Of a stretch of DNA of 64,000 nucleotides, positions 19,288-28,071 are shown in pieces. A program made the position numbers and the translations under genes. The notes beneath the pieces are model-generated. The model was not told where the DNA came from. It ran no database searches and saw only the letters and a program-made list of their open reading frames with translations. The DNA lies in the IMG/VR virus record IMGVR_UViG_3300031688_001339; one strand, 5' to 3'. This stretch comes from a virus. Positions within the stretch are counted from its first letter, which is position 1. Each line of letters opens with the position of its first letter.

Positions 19288-19584
19288 ATGTTTAAATCAA
19301 TTAAAAACGCTTTTGGTAGAGTCGGAAGACCTGCTATGAGCAAAACTCAAAAGGTATTAAATCTTTTGAACAAAGGTGAAGCTGTATCTTGGACAGTATT
19401 AAGAAACAAGTTTGACCTTATATCGCCAAGAGCGATGGTTGATAAATTAAGATCACAAGGTAATATGATCTATATCAACAAGTCAGCAAAAGGAACTTCA
19501 TACAGAATTGGTTCACCAACTAAAGCTATCATAGCTGCTGGTATTACTAAACTGTACGGAACACCATTCGCTTACAAAAACTAG
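19288..19584 (+). CDS. Basic winged-helix DNA-binding protein
   Basis: KTQKVLNLL..G...L..KF....PRAMVDKLRSQG..IY...YRIG; strong AAGGAG RBS. Confidence 0.6.
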   Translation: MFKSIKNAFGRVGRPAMSKTQKVLNLLNKGEAVSWTVLRNKFDLISPRAMVDKLRSQGNMIYINKSAKGTSYRIGSPTKAIIAAGITKLYGTPFAYKN

Positions 19585-19596
19585 AACATTGTGTAT

Positions 19597-19616
19597 GGTG
19601 GCGAGCAATCGCCACC
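19597..19616 (+). other. Perfect GNRA-capped hairpin after the wHTH gene (no U-tract)
   Basis: GGTGGCGA-GCAA-TCGCCACC. Confidence 0.7.
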
Positions 19617-19640
19617 TACCTAACTCAACCAGGAAACCAG

Positions 19641-19853
19641 ATGTCAACAGTAAAACAATTACAAACTCAAATCAAGACATTACAAGAGACCAATAAATGG
19701 TTTAAAAAACAAATAGAACCACATGATTGTGGTTGGATGTGGACAACCATTGATGGTATCAAGTATAGAATTTCAGTATTACGAAGTAGAATAAGAGCAA
19801 AGATTAAAGGTAAAGTAACACCTAAAGACAAGCATTGGAGTGAATATAATTAA
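19641..19853 (+). CDS. Hypothetical protein
   Basis: AGGA RBS, 70 aa. Confidence 0.65.
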   Translation: MSTVKQLQTQIKTLQETNKWFKKQIEPHDCGWMWTTIDGIKYRISVLRSRIRAKIKGKVTPKDKHWSEYN

Positions 19854-20702
19854 ATGATACTCGTAGATTTAAATCAAGTACTAATTTCAAACCTGATGGT
19901 GCAGACCAGAGGCAAAGCAGATGTTAAACCTAATTTAGAAATGGTAAGACAAATGGTATTAAATTCATTACGTGGTTTTAATCTAAAGTTTAGAGAAGAA
20001 TATGGTACAATGGTACTATGTTCAGACGCTGCCAATCCATGGAGAAGAACTATATTTCCTAACTACAAACATGGTAGAAGAAAAGGAAGAGTAGATTCGG
20101 ATACTGATTGGGATAACATATTCAAAATTATGATGGAGATCAAACAAGAATTGATTGATAACTTTCCATACGTAGTTATGCATGTAGATAATACAGAGGC
20201 TGACGATATTATCGCTAGTCTTATAAAATTGAGAGAAGAAGACAAATACTTAATCGTATCAGGTGACAAAGACTTTATACAGTTACACCATTACGGAGAT
20301 GTTTACCAATTTAGTCCAATTCTTAAAAGTTTTATTGGTGAGCAAGTAGACCCTATACAATTCTTACACGAACAAATTATCAAAGGTGATAGATCAGATG
20401 GTGTACCAAATGTATTAAGTGATGACGATATATTTTTAAGAGACGAGAGACAAAAGCCTATCAATAAGAAAAGATTGGAAGAGTTTAAAAATATAGAGAC
20501 TTCATTAGAAATAGACCCACAAGTAAAAAAGAACTATGATAGAAACAAGACTTTGATTGATCTATCACAGATACCGGAAGACGTAGAAAAAACGATTATA
20601 AATACTTACAGAAATTATAAAGTAAAAGATAGGTCGCTCCTATTAAACTACTTTATTGATAATAAATTGAAATCATTAATTGAAAATACAAGTGATTTTT
20701 AA
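19854..20702 (+). CDS. rnh: T4-type RNase H / 5'-3' flap exonuclease
   Basis: MILVD, WRR..FPNYK, EADDIIA, SGDKDFIQL, GDRSDGVPN. Confidence 0.93.
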   Translation: MILVDLNQVLISNLMVQTRGKADVKPNLEMVRQMVLNSLRGFNLKFREEYGTMVLCSDAANPWRRTIFPNYKHGRRKGRVDSDTDWDNIFKIMMEIKQELIDNFPYVVMHVDNTEADDIIASLIKLREEDKYLIVSGDKDFIQLHHYGDVYQFSPILKSFIGEQVDPIQFLHEQIIKGDRSDGVPNVLSDDDIFLRDERQKPINKKRLEEFKNIETSLEIDPQVKKNYDRNKTLIDLSQIPEDVEKTIINTYRNYKVKDRSLLLNYFIDNKLKSLIENTSDF

Positions 20703-20726
20703 CAACATATATATGGAGAATAAATT

Positions 20727-21227
20727 ATGCCACAATTACCACCAGTAAACAAAGCTTTAATGGCGGCTCAGAGAACGTCAGGTTCAGGAGAACAAACTGT
20801 ACATGAAATTTTTACGCTGATCAACAACGCTAAAAACAAAGAAGACAAATTAAAAATATTAAAAAAGAACGATACAGCTGCCATGAGACAATTACTCAAA
20901 GCTGCATTTGATCCGGCAATCGCATTTGATATGCCACCTGGTAATCCACCGTTTATGAGAAACGAAGCACCTGAAGGGACTGAACATACTAGTCTATTCT
21001 ATGCAAGTAAAAAACTATGGCACTTTGTTAAAGGTGCAGATCCGGTAACTAATTCTTTGCAAAAAGAGAAAATGTTTCTTGGACTACTAGAATCATTACA
21101 CAACAAAGACGCAGATGTATTATTAGGCATTAAGAACAAAGACCTAAACAAAACATACAAAGGTTTAACTGAAAACCTAGTTAAAGAAGCATTTAACTGG
21201 TCAGATAATTTCGTTAAAAACAACTAA
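20727..21227 (+). CDS. Conserved T4-like hypothetical protein (DUF6433-like)
   Basis: FDP...PPG.PP, KEKMFLGLLESLH..DA; follows rnh. Confidence 0.6.
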   Translation: MPQLPPVNKALMAAQRTSGSGEQTVHEIFTLINNAKNKEDKLKILKKNDTAAMRQLLKAAFDPAIAFDMPPGNPPFMRNEAPEGTEHTSLFYASKKLWHFVKGADPVTNSLQKEKMFLGLLESLHNKDADVLLGIKNKDLNKTYKGLTENLVKEAFNWSDNFVKNN

Positions 21228-21237
21228 AAACCTCACG

Positions 21238-21271
21238 TTTTAGAGGGTGCGACACAAAGTACCCTCTAAAA
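21238..21271 (+). terminator. Long inverted repeat, possible terminator
   Basis: TTTTAGAGGGTGC-gacacaaa-GTACCCTCTAAAA. Confidence 0.5.
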
Positions 21272-21308
21272 ACCCTCATTTTACTCGCTTTTCTAAAAAA
21301 CTTTTCGC

Positions 21309-21337
21309 TTGACTTCTATACCAAACTGTGGTATCCT
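21309..21337 (+). promoter_or_regulatory. Sigma70-type promoter
   Basis: TTGACT-17-TATCCT with an extended TG. Confidence 0.65.
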
Positions 21338-21368
21338 AAATATATTAATAAGAACAAAAGGATATATT

Positions 21369-21701
21369 ATGAAAAAGTTGTTAATGACGATTGCGATAGT
21401 AAACATTGTATTATGGAATGCTCTATCATCACTTGCTAAGGCAGACGATTATAACACGGCAGTTATTGGTCACGTTATATCGGAGACGATTAAGGGTACA
21501 TCTATAGACAATCAAGCTATAATGGAATCTGAACTACAGAAACTTGGTCACCTTTACGCTTTAGAAATGGTAAGTGTACTTCAAAAGTATTTACCATCAA
21601 TTTTAGATTCTGTTATGACAGATTTAAGATTACAAGCAGACAAGAAGTATAAATGTGAACTATTAAAAGACACAAAAGCGGTTGACAAGGATTGTATATA
21701 A
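21369..21701 (+). CDS. Secreted hypothetical protein
   Basis: AAAAGGA RBS; signal peptide ending AKA. Confidence 0.65.
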   Translation: MKKLLMTIAIVNIVLWNALSSLAKADDYNTAVIGHVISETIKGTSIDNQAIMESELQKLGHLYALEMVSVLQKYLPSILDSVMTDLRLQADKKYKCELLKDTKAVDKDCI

Positions 21702-21722
21702 TGATTAACTTAATAAGGAAAT

Positions 21723-22154
21723 ATGGCATTAAGAAAATCAACAAAACTACACAAAATAAAGAAAGTTAAATCTATCATTAAAGAAGATATATCTAAAGTT
21801 GACAAGAAATACAAAACAACTTACAAAGATATAAAAATGTATTTTACTATGATAAATGAACTAGTCTTTGATAACAAACTTTCCCCTTTTAACAAAGTTC
21901 TTATTAAACAGCTTAGACACAAAACAGAGAAAATATACGGCCAAGTATTAACCTACGATTGGGATAGAACTGGTGCTAGAGAGTACCAACTTCATATGAT
22001 ACCGTATTATAAAAACAAAAAAGATTTCGCTTGTACGTTAGCACACGAAATGGTTCATCTATATCAGATGGCCAACGAAGGAGACACCGGTAACCATAAT
22101 CAATTATTTTATAGTTATCGTTCTAAATTAAACAAAATAGGATTGGACTTATAA
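21723..22154 (+). CDS. SprT-like zinc metallopeptidase domain protein
   Basis: N..VF.NKL, TLAHEMVH..Q, H...F. Confidence 0.8.
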   Translation: MALRKSTKLHKIKKVKSIIKEDISKVDKKYKTTYKDIKMYFTMINELVFDNKLSPFNKVLIKQLRHKTEKIYGQVLTYDWDRTGAREYQLHMIPYYKNKKDFACTLAHEMVHLYQMANEGDTGNHNQLFYSYRSKLNKIGLDL

Positions 22155-22155
22155 C

Positions 22156-22464
22156 ATGGACAAAGTGAGAAGAAAAGTAAAAGAACTTGACCCTTACCTT
22201 AAAGGTAGAATTGGTGAAGCATTAATACAACTACAAGAAATAGGAAAACCTTCAAATTTATCAGGAACAAGTAGAGTATACTACACTGGTAATTGGGCAA
22301 AAGACGTATACGATAACTTCACTGATAAACAGGCACAAGTTATATTTGATAAAGTTACCAAACTTAAAACTGGTCTATCTTTATATCAAGTTAAACTTCC
22401 TAAATTTACAGATGAAGAAGGACAAGAGTGGTCTGGTTACGATTACACAGCGAGGAAGATTTGA
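22156..22464 (+). CDS. Hypothetical protein
   Basis: Tightly packed ORF. Confidence 0.65.
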   Translation: MDKVRRKVKELDPYLKGRIGEALIQLQEIGKPSNLSGTSRVYYTGNWAKDVYDNFTDKQAQVIFDKVTKLKTGLSLYQVKLPKFTDEEGQEWSGYDYTARKI

Positions 22465-23033
22465 AAACATTTAAAATAGTATCTAAAACCTTAATGGTTG
22501 GATTTATTATTGTATTTTGTGCAGTTACTTTTCATTTTTATAAAGCACAGGCAAATAGTAATCTACCAAAGAAACCTAACTTTGAACATATAAACAATCA
22601 ACAGTTTATAGACAACGTTAATCAATGTTTAACCTATATCTATTTCTATAATCTTACAACGAATAGAGTAGATAAAGATTTACTATTGGCACAGGCAGCT
22701 TTAGAGTCTGGTTGGGGAGATAGTAGATTTGCCAAAGAAGGTAAGAACCTATTTGGTATTAGAACATATGATTTAAGAGAACCTCATATGTTACCATCAA
22801 ATAATCCTAAAAAATGGGGAGTTAAGGTATTTCAACATGAATGTGATGGTGTGGTATGGTATATAAATACATTAAGTAATCACCACTCATATGAAAAGTA
22901 CAGAGCTCAGTTAGCTTTAGGTGCAGATAGTTTAGAACTAGTTGACACACTAGACGCATATGCCAGTGATAAAGATTATTCATGGAAAGTTAAATCAATA
23001 ATCAAAAAAATAAGAGAGACTTTTAGACACTAA
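22461..23033 (+). CDS. GH73 glucosaminidase (Bax/FlgJ-like peptidoglycan hydrolase) with N-terminal TM
   Basis: AQAALESGWG.SRF, NLFGIR, YASD..Y. TTG start inferred; track ORF starts at 22428. Confidence 0.85.
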   Translation: MKTFKIVSKTLMVGFIIVFCAVTFHFYKAQANSNLPKKPNFEHINNQQFIDNVNQCLTYIYFYNLTTNRVDKDLLLAQAALESGWGDSRFAKEGKNLFGIRTYDLREPHMLPSNNPKKWGVKVFQHECDGVVWYINTLSNHHSYEKYRAQLALGADSLELVDTLDAYASDKDYSWKVKSIIKKIRETFRH

Positions 23034-23034
23034 T

Positions 23035-23955
23035 ATGTTCCTAATTTTACTAACATTTTTGAGTGCGATATCTATATCTGTAATAGCCGCTGGTTATTCT
23101 ATCATAGGTCTTGCAACACTATTTGCTGGTGCAGTAACACCTATTATCGCAATGGGTACGGCATTAGAAGTAGGTAAGTTAGTAGCAGCCTCATGGTTGT
23201 ACAATAATTGGCAGAGTGATATACCTAGACTATTAAAGGCGTATCTATTCATAGCAGTTATAGTATTAGTCTTTATTACATCTATGGGTATCTTTGGTTT
23301 CTTATCAAAGGCACACCTAGATCAAGTTAAACCTACATCTGGTAATAATATCAAACTAGAACAAATTACCAATCAGATTGAAAGACAACAAGTAGTTATA
23401 GATAGATCACAAAAGACTTTAACTCTATTAGATAAAGCATTAGAAGTCTATATTGACAAAGAATATGTGACTAGAGGTTTAAAAGAAAGAGCGAAACAAG
23501 AAGAAGAAAGAACTGCCTTAAACAATGCGATTGAAAATGCAAGTGATAAGATACAAGAGTTGTCAGATAAGAAAGCAACACTATCACTAGCACAAGATAA
23601 GATAGAGGCAGAGGTTGGTCCTATCAAGTACGTTGCAGAGTTAATATATGGTGAAAATGCAAAAGATAATCTTGACAAGTCTGTTAGGATTGTTATACTG
23701 ATACTAATATTCGTATTTGACCCATTAGCAGTATTGTTATTGATAGCTGCCAACATATCATTGAGACAGTGGAGATTGAAAAGACAATTGATTACTTCCG
23801 GTAAAAAGGTAGACTTACAGAGAAAATTAAACAGGCTACAGAAATCAAATAGAAATTTAAAAAAATATAAAGGATTGGTAAAAGACCTTGGTGACAATCC
23901 AGATGAGATTAAACTTAAACTTAATCAGATAGTGAATTTAGATGATAAAGGTTAG
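23035..23955 (+). CDS. Multi-TM membrane protein with a long coiled coil
   Basis: Three N-terminal TMs, TSMGIFGFLS, coiled coil, EVGPIKY, FVFDPLAV. Confidence 0.75.
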   Translation: MFLILLTFLSAISISVIAAGYSIIGLATLFAGAVTPIIAMGTALEVGKLVAASWLYNNWQSDIPRLLKAYLFIAVIVLVFITSMGIFGFLSKAHLDQVKPTSGNNIKLEQITNQIERQQVVIDRSQKTLTLLDKALEVYIDKEYVTRGLKERAKQEEERTALNNAIENASDKIQELSDKKATLSLAQDKIEAEVGPIKYVAELIYGENAKDNLDKSVRIVILILIFVFDPLAVLLLIAANISLRQWRLKRQLITSGKKVDLQRKLNRLQKSNRNLKKYKGLVKDLGDNPDEIKLKLNQIVNLDDKG

Positions 23956-24109
23956 TCTATTATTAACAATGTTACTCTTTTTGAGTGGTTGTTTTGGCGC
24001 TGAACTGTTTACTATTGGTCCTTTTACAGTAAAACCAGGCGATATTGCAACTAAATCACTTGGAATTGGTAAGAAATTAAAAGAAAAAGCGCTTGACAAA
24101 GGCGAATAA
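23942..24109 (+). CDS. Small lipoprotein (55 aa, not in ORF track)
   Basis: MIKVSLLLTMLLFLSG-C lipobox; overlaps the end of the previous gene. Confidence 0.65.
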   Translation: MIKVSLLLTMLLFLSGCFGAELFTIGPFTVKPGDIATKSLGIGKKLKEKALDKGE

Positions 24110-24121
24110 ATGTGTTATATT
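24093..24121 (+). promoter_or_regulatory. Sigma70-type promoter
   Basis: TTGACA-17-TATATT with an extended TG. Confidence 0.7.
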
Positions 24122-24126
24122 AGACT

Positions 24127-24336
24127 ATGAATATGAAAGAAAATGATCTAACAAGTATCGGAGTTGATCTCCAGACACTTACAAATGAACAAGTAATAAG
24201 AATATCAAATGCTGAAAGGTCTTGTAGAAATGCAAGTACTAATTGGTCTAAAGAGTATTGGCATGAAACTTTTAAGAAGTTATGTAAAGAATATAATGTC
24301 ATGTCTTATTATAGTAAAATGACTGTAGGCAGTTAA
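24127..24336 (+). CDS. Hypothetical protein
   Basis: ORF right after the promoter. Confidence 0.6.
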   Translation: MNMKENDLTSIGVDLQTLTNEQVIRISNAERSCRNASTNWSKEYWHETFKKLCKEYNVMSYYSKMTVGS

Positions 24337-24351
24337 CAAAAAGGATATATT

Positions 24352-24465
24352 ATGAAAAGAAAAACTAAAAAACTAATACTAGAATTACTACACTTTTGGC
24401 CGATGACCATAGTGGTACCAGCAATGTTGCTTGCCATTTTGTTTGGTCCGTATATAATGAGGTAG
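24352..24465 (+). CDS. Small membrane peptide (37 aa)
   Basis: AAAAGGA RBS; MKRKTKK followed by a TM segment. Confidence 0.55.
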   Translation: MKRKTKKLILELLHFWPMTIVVPAMLLAILFGPYIMR

Positions 24466-24466
24466 T

Positions 24467-25051
24467 ATGAATATATTTTATCTAGATAAAGATCCCATTA
24501 TAGCTGCTAAGATGTCATGTGATAAACATGTGTGTAAGATGATTATTGAGTCTGCTCAAATGTTATCTACTGCTCATAGAATGCTAGACGGTGAAGAATA
24601 TCTACAAAGAAATAAAAACGGTAATAGAAATATTAAAAGATGGTTGATGAAAGATAACTTATTTGAAACTACTCTATACAAAGCATGTCATACAGGACAC
24701 CCTAGTACAGTGTGGGTTATGGCAAATGTAATTCACTATGTATGGTTGTATAAACATATGATTGCTCTTGGTGATGAATTTAAATTAAGATATAATCATA
24801 CGAAAGACCACATGACTATTCAGAAATTAAAAGATGTATTATCCCATACACCTAAAAATATACCTATAAATAAGATTGCTACAGACCCAACACCTGCTAT
24901 GCCAGATGAATGTAAAATACCTGGTGATGTGATTGGTTCTTATAGACTGTATTATATAACTAAAAAAAGATTATTTGCTACATGGAAATCACCAGCAGTG
25001 ATACCAGAGTGGTACGAAAAAGGAATAAAAGATGACAAAAAACAACTTTAG
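24467..25051 (+). CDS. Pyrimidine-dimer DNA glycosylase (DenV/endonuclease V superfamily)
   Basis: MNIFYLD, DKHVCKMIIESAQMLSTAH, HPSTVW, AMPDE, YRLYY. Confidence 0.8.
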   Translation: MNIFYLDKDPIIAAKMSCDKHVCKMIIESAQMLSTAHRMLDGEEYLQRNKNGNRNIKRWLMKDNLFETTLYKACHTGHPSTVWVMANVIHYVWLYKHMIALGDEFKLRYNHTKDHMTIQKLKDVLSHTPKNIPINKIATDPTPAMPDECKIPGDVIGSYRLYYITKKRLFATWKSPAVIPEWYEKGIKDDKKQL

Positions 25052-25331
25052 ACATGATGGTAGAACTCGTCCTATTAATGACGTTTATGCTAAAAGATGG
25101 TCAGAAATATTTGGTGAGAAACAAGATAAAGAACTTGCAGAATCATTTAAACAATCTAAACAGAATAAAAAAGAGAGACTAGATAATGAGTTAAAGAAAG
25201 AAAATGAGGCGTCCATAGCTTCATTTTTTAAGTCTTGCTTATCTCCAGAGGAACAAAAAAAACTTGACAAGGTTAAAAAGACGAACAAGGCTAATGAAGA
25301 TAACAGGAAAGACGATTGGATATGGACATAA
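25032..25331 (+). CDS. Hypothetical protein
   Basis: DGRTRP...Y..RW..IFG motif. Confidence 0.6.
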   Translation: MTKNNFRHDGRTRPINDVYAKRWSEIFGEKQDKELAESFKQSKQNKKERLDNELKKENEASIASFFKSCLSPEEQKKLDKVKKTNKANEDNRKDDWIWT

Positions 25332-25424
25332 ATATGATTAGAGAATATACTAACGAAGAAAAGAAAATATTAATAGAAGGACTAATTTTAAGTGAATTGT
25401 CCGATAACGAGTTAGAGGAGAACA

Positions 25425-25667
25425 ATGACAAAAAAGAGAAAATTAAGAATTAAACATCAAGTAACACCAAAAACAACAGGCATTATTCCTATGTGGAATT
25501 GGCTTGCAGAAAAAATATTACCACCATTGGTAATGAATGAAGAGCATAAACCTAAACGTGCTAGAACCAAACGTGGAAGATACAAAGGTGACGACAAGTC
25601 TACTGCTGATTATAACGAGGCATGGGTTGGTGGTAAAGCACCTAAAAAGTGGTACAAACCTTGGTAA
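25425..25667 (+). CDS. Basic hypothetical protein
   Basis: GAGGAG RBS; RAR..RG...DD.ST...NEAWVGGKAP motif. Confidence 0.65.
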   Translation: MTKKRKLRIKHQVTPKTTGIIPMWNWLAEKILPPLVMNEEHKPKRARTKRGRYKGDDKSTADYNEAWVGGKAPKKWYKPW

Positions 25668-25668
25668 G

Positions 25669-25812
25669 ATGATAAAAGAAAAAGCAAAAATATACGAAAG
25701 AAACCCTAACACAGGCGTTATTCGTTGGAGATACGTAGGTGAGTCACCAGATAAATTTGGTTGGCCAAACTATGGTAGAATACTAAATGATAAAAAAAAT
25801 AAAAGAAAGTGA
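25669..25812 (+). CDS. Small hypothetical protein
   Basis: KIYERNP..G.IRWRY; likely true start of track ORF 25537..25812. Confidence 0.55.
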   Translation: MIKEKAKIYERNPNTGVIRWRYVGESPDKFGWPNYGRILNDKKNKRK

Positions 25813-25925
25813 ATACTCTAATCTTTATGAATGCATAAAGAGTGATCAAGTACCAGCAAATGCAATTGCTGAATACTTTCAAGATAAAGACTTTTTTAAA
25901 TACGTAAAAAAGAGAGAAAAGAAAA

Positions 25926-26111
25926 ATGATAAAAGACGCATTGATTAAAAAACTAGAGGGTGATATTGCAGTGGCAAAAGCAGATATTAATTTGTTTATG
26001 GAAAAACCTATTGGTGTTGCAGAACATATAGACTATGTTGCTACTGCCGAGAAGAAGTTAGAAATCCTAGCAACTGCTGAAGATAAATTATCATCACTTA
26101 AAAGTCTGTAA
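25926..26111 (+). CDS. Conserved small phage protein
   Basis: PIGVAEH motif, helical. Confidence 0.7.
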   Translation: MIKDALIKKLEGDIAVAKADINLFMEKPIGVAEHIDYVATAEKKLEILATAEDKLSSLKSL

Positions 26112-26113
26112 TA

Positions 26114-26437
26114 GTGGCATACAGTGTTAATGATAAATGTATCATGTGTAAACACACTGATTGCGTTGAGGTCTGTCCTGTAGATTGTTTCTATGAAGGA
26201 GAGAACATGTTAGTGATCAATCCAGATGAATGTATTGATTGTGGTGTATGTGAACCAGAGTGTCCTGAAGGAGCAATACTATCAGACATGGAAGAAGAAG
26301 GCAAGAAGTGGATTCAATTTAATGATAAATGGTCAAGACAATGGCCAGTGATAACAGATAAGAAAGATAGTATGGATCCAGATAACAAACATAGAGACGA
26401 ACCAGATAGATTGAATAAGTACTTTAAAAATAAATGA
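26114..26437 (+). CDS. fdxA: 7Fe ferredoxin (FdxA type)
   Basis: [18 protein letters not shown]...[12 protein letters not shown]. Confidence 0.93.
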   Translation: MAYSVNDKCIMCKHTDCVEVCPVDCFYEGENMLVINPDECIDCGVCEPECPEGAILSDMEEEGKKWIQFNDKWSRQWPVITDKKDSMDPDNKHRDEPDRLNKYFKNK

Positions 26438-26850
26438 TAATAGATTTAATAAAAGAAGCAGGATCAGATATAAAGATGTTAGAAGGACATGATAGATTTC
26501 ACTATCTTATAGACAAGGCAAAAGATATTAAACCATTACCAGAATGGTTGAAGACAGAGACAAATAGAATACATGGTTGTGCTAGCAAACTGTGGATTAC
26601 TGGTAGTAAAAACCCTAAAGACGGTACTATGATTTACCATGCTGATGGTGAAAGTCATATAACTAAAGGCACTGCCGTAGTGGTAACTAATTTAGTTAAT
26701 GGTCAGAAAGCCGAAGAAGTTGCTAGTCTAACTGTAGAAGATTTTACACCGTTAGGTATCAAAGAACTACTTACTATGCAAAGACAAAATGGATTAGGTG
26801 AGTTAATTAATAGAATTATAGGAATTGCAAATGCCAATATACACGTTTAG
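26434..26850 (+). CDS. sufE: SufE-family sulfur acceptor
   Basis: [29 protein letters not shown]. Confidence 0.88.
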   Translation: MIIDLIKEAGSDIKMLEGHDRFHYLIDKAKDIKPLPEWLKTETNRIHGCASKLWITGSKNPKDGTMIYHADGESHITKGTAVVVTNLVNGQKAEEVASLTVEDFTPLGIKELLTMQRQNGLGELINRIIGIANANIHV

Positions 26851-27148
26851 AAACAAAAGAACTAAAAAAGAACATACAGATATGATGACCATTGCAGAAA
26901 TGGAGACATATATGAAGAAAAATAAGAACATTGTACAGGTACCACAGGTACTAAATATATCCGCTGGAGTAATGGGCATAACAATGAAAAACGATGGTGG
27001 CTGGAAAGAGAACATGTCACGAATCGCAGAAAACCACCCAACAAGTCCCTTAGCAGAGCGATATGGCAAGAGAACAGCAAAAGAAATTGCAACTAAACAA
27101 GTTGTACAAAAACACCTAAAAAGGCAATCAAAAACAAAAGGAAAATAA
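26831..27148 (+). CDS. FmdB-like protein lacking the Cys ligands
   Basis: MPIYTF N-terminus, DGGWKE..SRIAE.HP. Confidence 0.6.
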   Translation: MPIYTFRNKRTKKEHTDMMTIAEMETYMKKNKNIVQVPQVLNISAGVMGITMKNDGGWKENMSRIAENHPTSPLAERYGKRTAKEIATKQVVQKHLKRQSKTKGK

Positions 27149-27541
27149 ATGAGTAACGATTTACCAGACTACATGAGAGGTTTTGATTTGACCGATGATT
27201 GGGGTATGACAGCAGTAGCAACTCCACCTAAAGAAGAAACACCAAAGATTAATACAAAAGCAATTGAAAATTCTACTTTAGAAATATCAAAGGTTAAATC
27301 AGATGTTTCATCTATTAAAGCCATGATGAATGAAATTATGCAGATAGTGGCAGAAAAAGATACTATTACAAAAGCAGTATCAGACGAAGATACAAAAGCA
27401 ACTTTCAAAGAAATTGAAAAAGTAATATTACCTTTCTTATATAACTTAAGCAAAACAACTGAACCTTATATACATTGGCCAAACAGAGGTCCGATTATTA
27501 AGGCACAGATAGAGAAAATATTAAAACTAACAAGAGGATAA
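27149..27541 (+). CDS. Conserved phage hypothetical protein
   Basis: ILPFLYNL....YIHWPNR motif. Confidence 0.7.
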   Translation: MSNDLPDYMRGFDLTDDWGMTAVATPPKEETPKINTKAIENSTLEISKVKSDVSSIKAMMNEIMQIVAEKDTITKAVSDEDTKATFKEIEKVILPFLYNLSKTTEPYIHWPNRGPIIKAQIEKILKLTRG

Positions 27542-27543
27542 GA

Positions 27544-27990
27544 ATGAACATTAATAAGTTAAGAGAACAACTAAAGATTGACGAAGGAGTTAAGTATGAG
27601 GTCTATGATGACCATCTAGGTTACAAGACTTTCGGAATTGGTCATTTAGTAACTGCTAAAGACGAGGAATATGGTGCCAAAGTAGGTCATCCAGTTTCAG
27701 AGAAAAGAGTTAATGCAGTATTTGACAACGATGTAGAAACTTATGTAACAGAATCTAAAAAAGTATTTTCTGATTTAGATAAACTACCAGATGAAGCACA
27801 AGAAGTAATTGTAAATATGTGTTTCAACATGGGTGCTCCAAGACTATCAAAGTTTAAGAAGTTTGTAGCAGCCGTAAATGATGGTAATTGGTCAACAGCA
27901 GCCGTTGAAATGATGGACAGCCGTTGGGCAAAACAAGTTGGTGTTAGAGCAGAGAGATTAAGAGATAGAATTAAAGCACTATCTACTTGA
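27544..27990 (+). CDS. Phage lysozyme (T4 lysozyme/GH24-like)
   Basis: DEG...Y.D.LG..TFGIGHL, NMCFNMG, SRWAKQV..RA.RL. Confidence 0.9.
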   Translation: MNINKLREQLKIDEGVKYEVYDDHLGYKTFGIGHLVTAKDEEYGAKVGHPVSEKRVNAVFDNDVETYVTESKKVFSDLDKLPDEAQEVIVNMCFNMGAPRLSKFKKFVAAVNDGNWSTAAVEMMDSRWAKQVGVRAERLRDRIKALST

Positions 27991-28071
27991 ACGCCCACAC
28001 CGATTAACGATGAACATAAGAAAACACGTGACGAACTAAACGACATGTACGCCAAAAAAGGCATTTAAATT

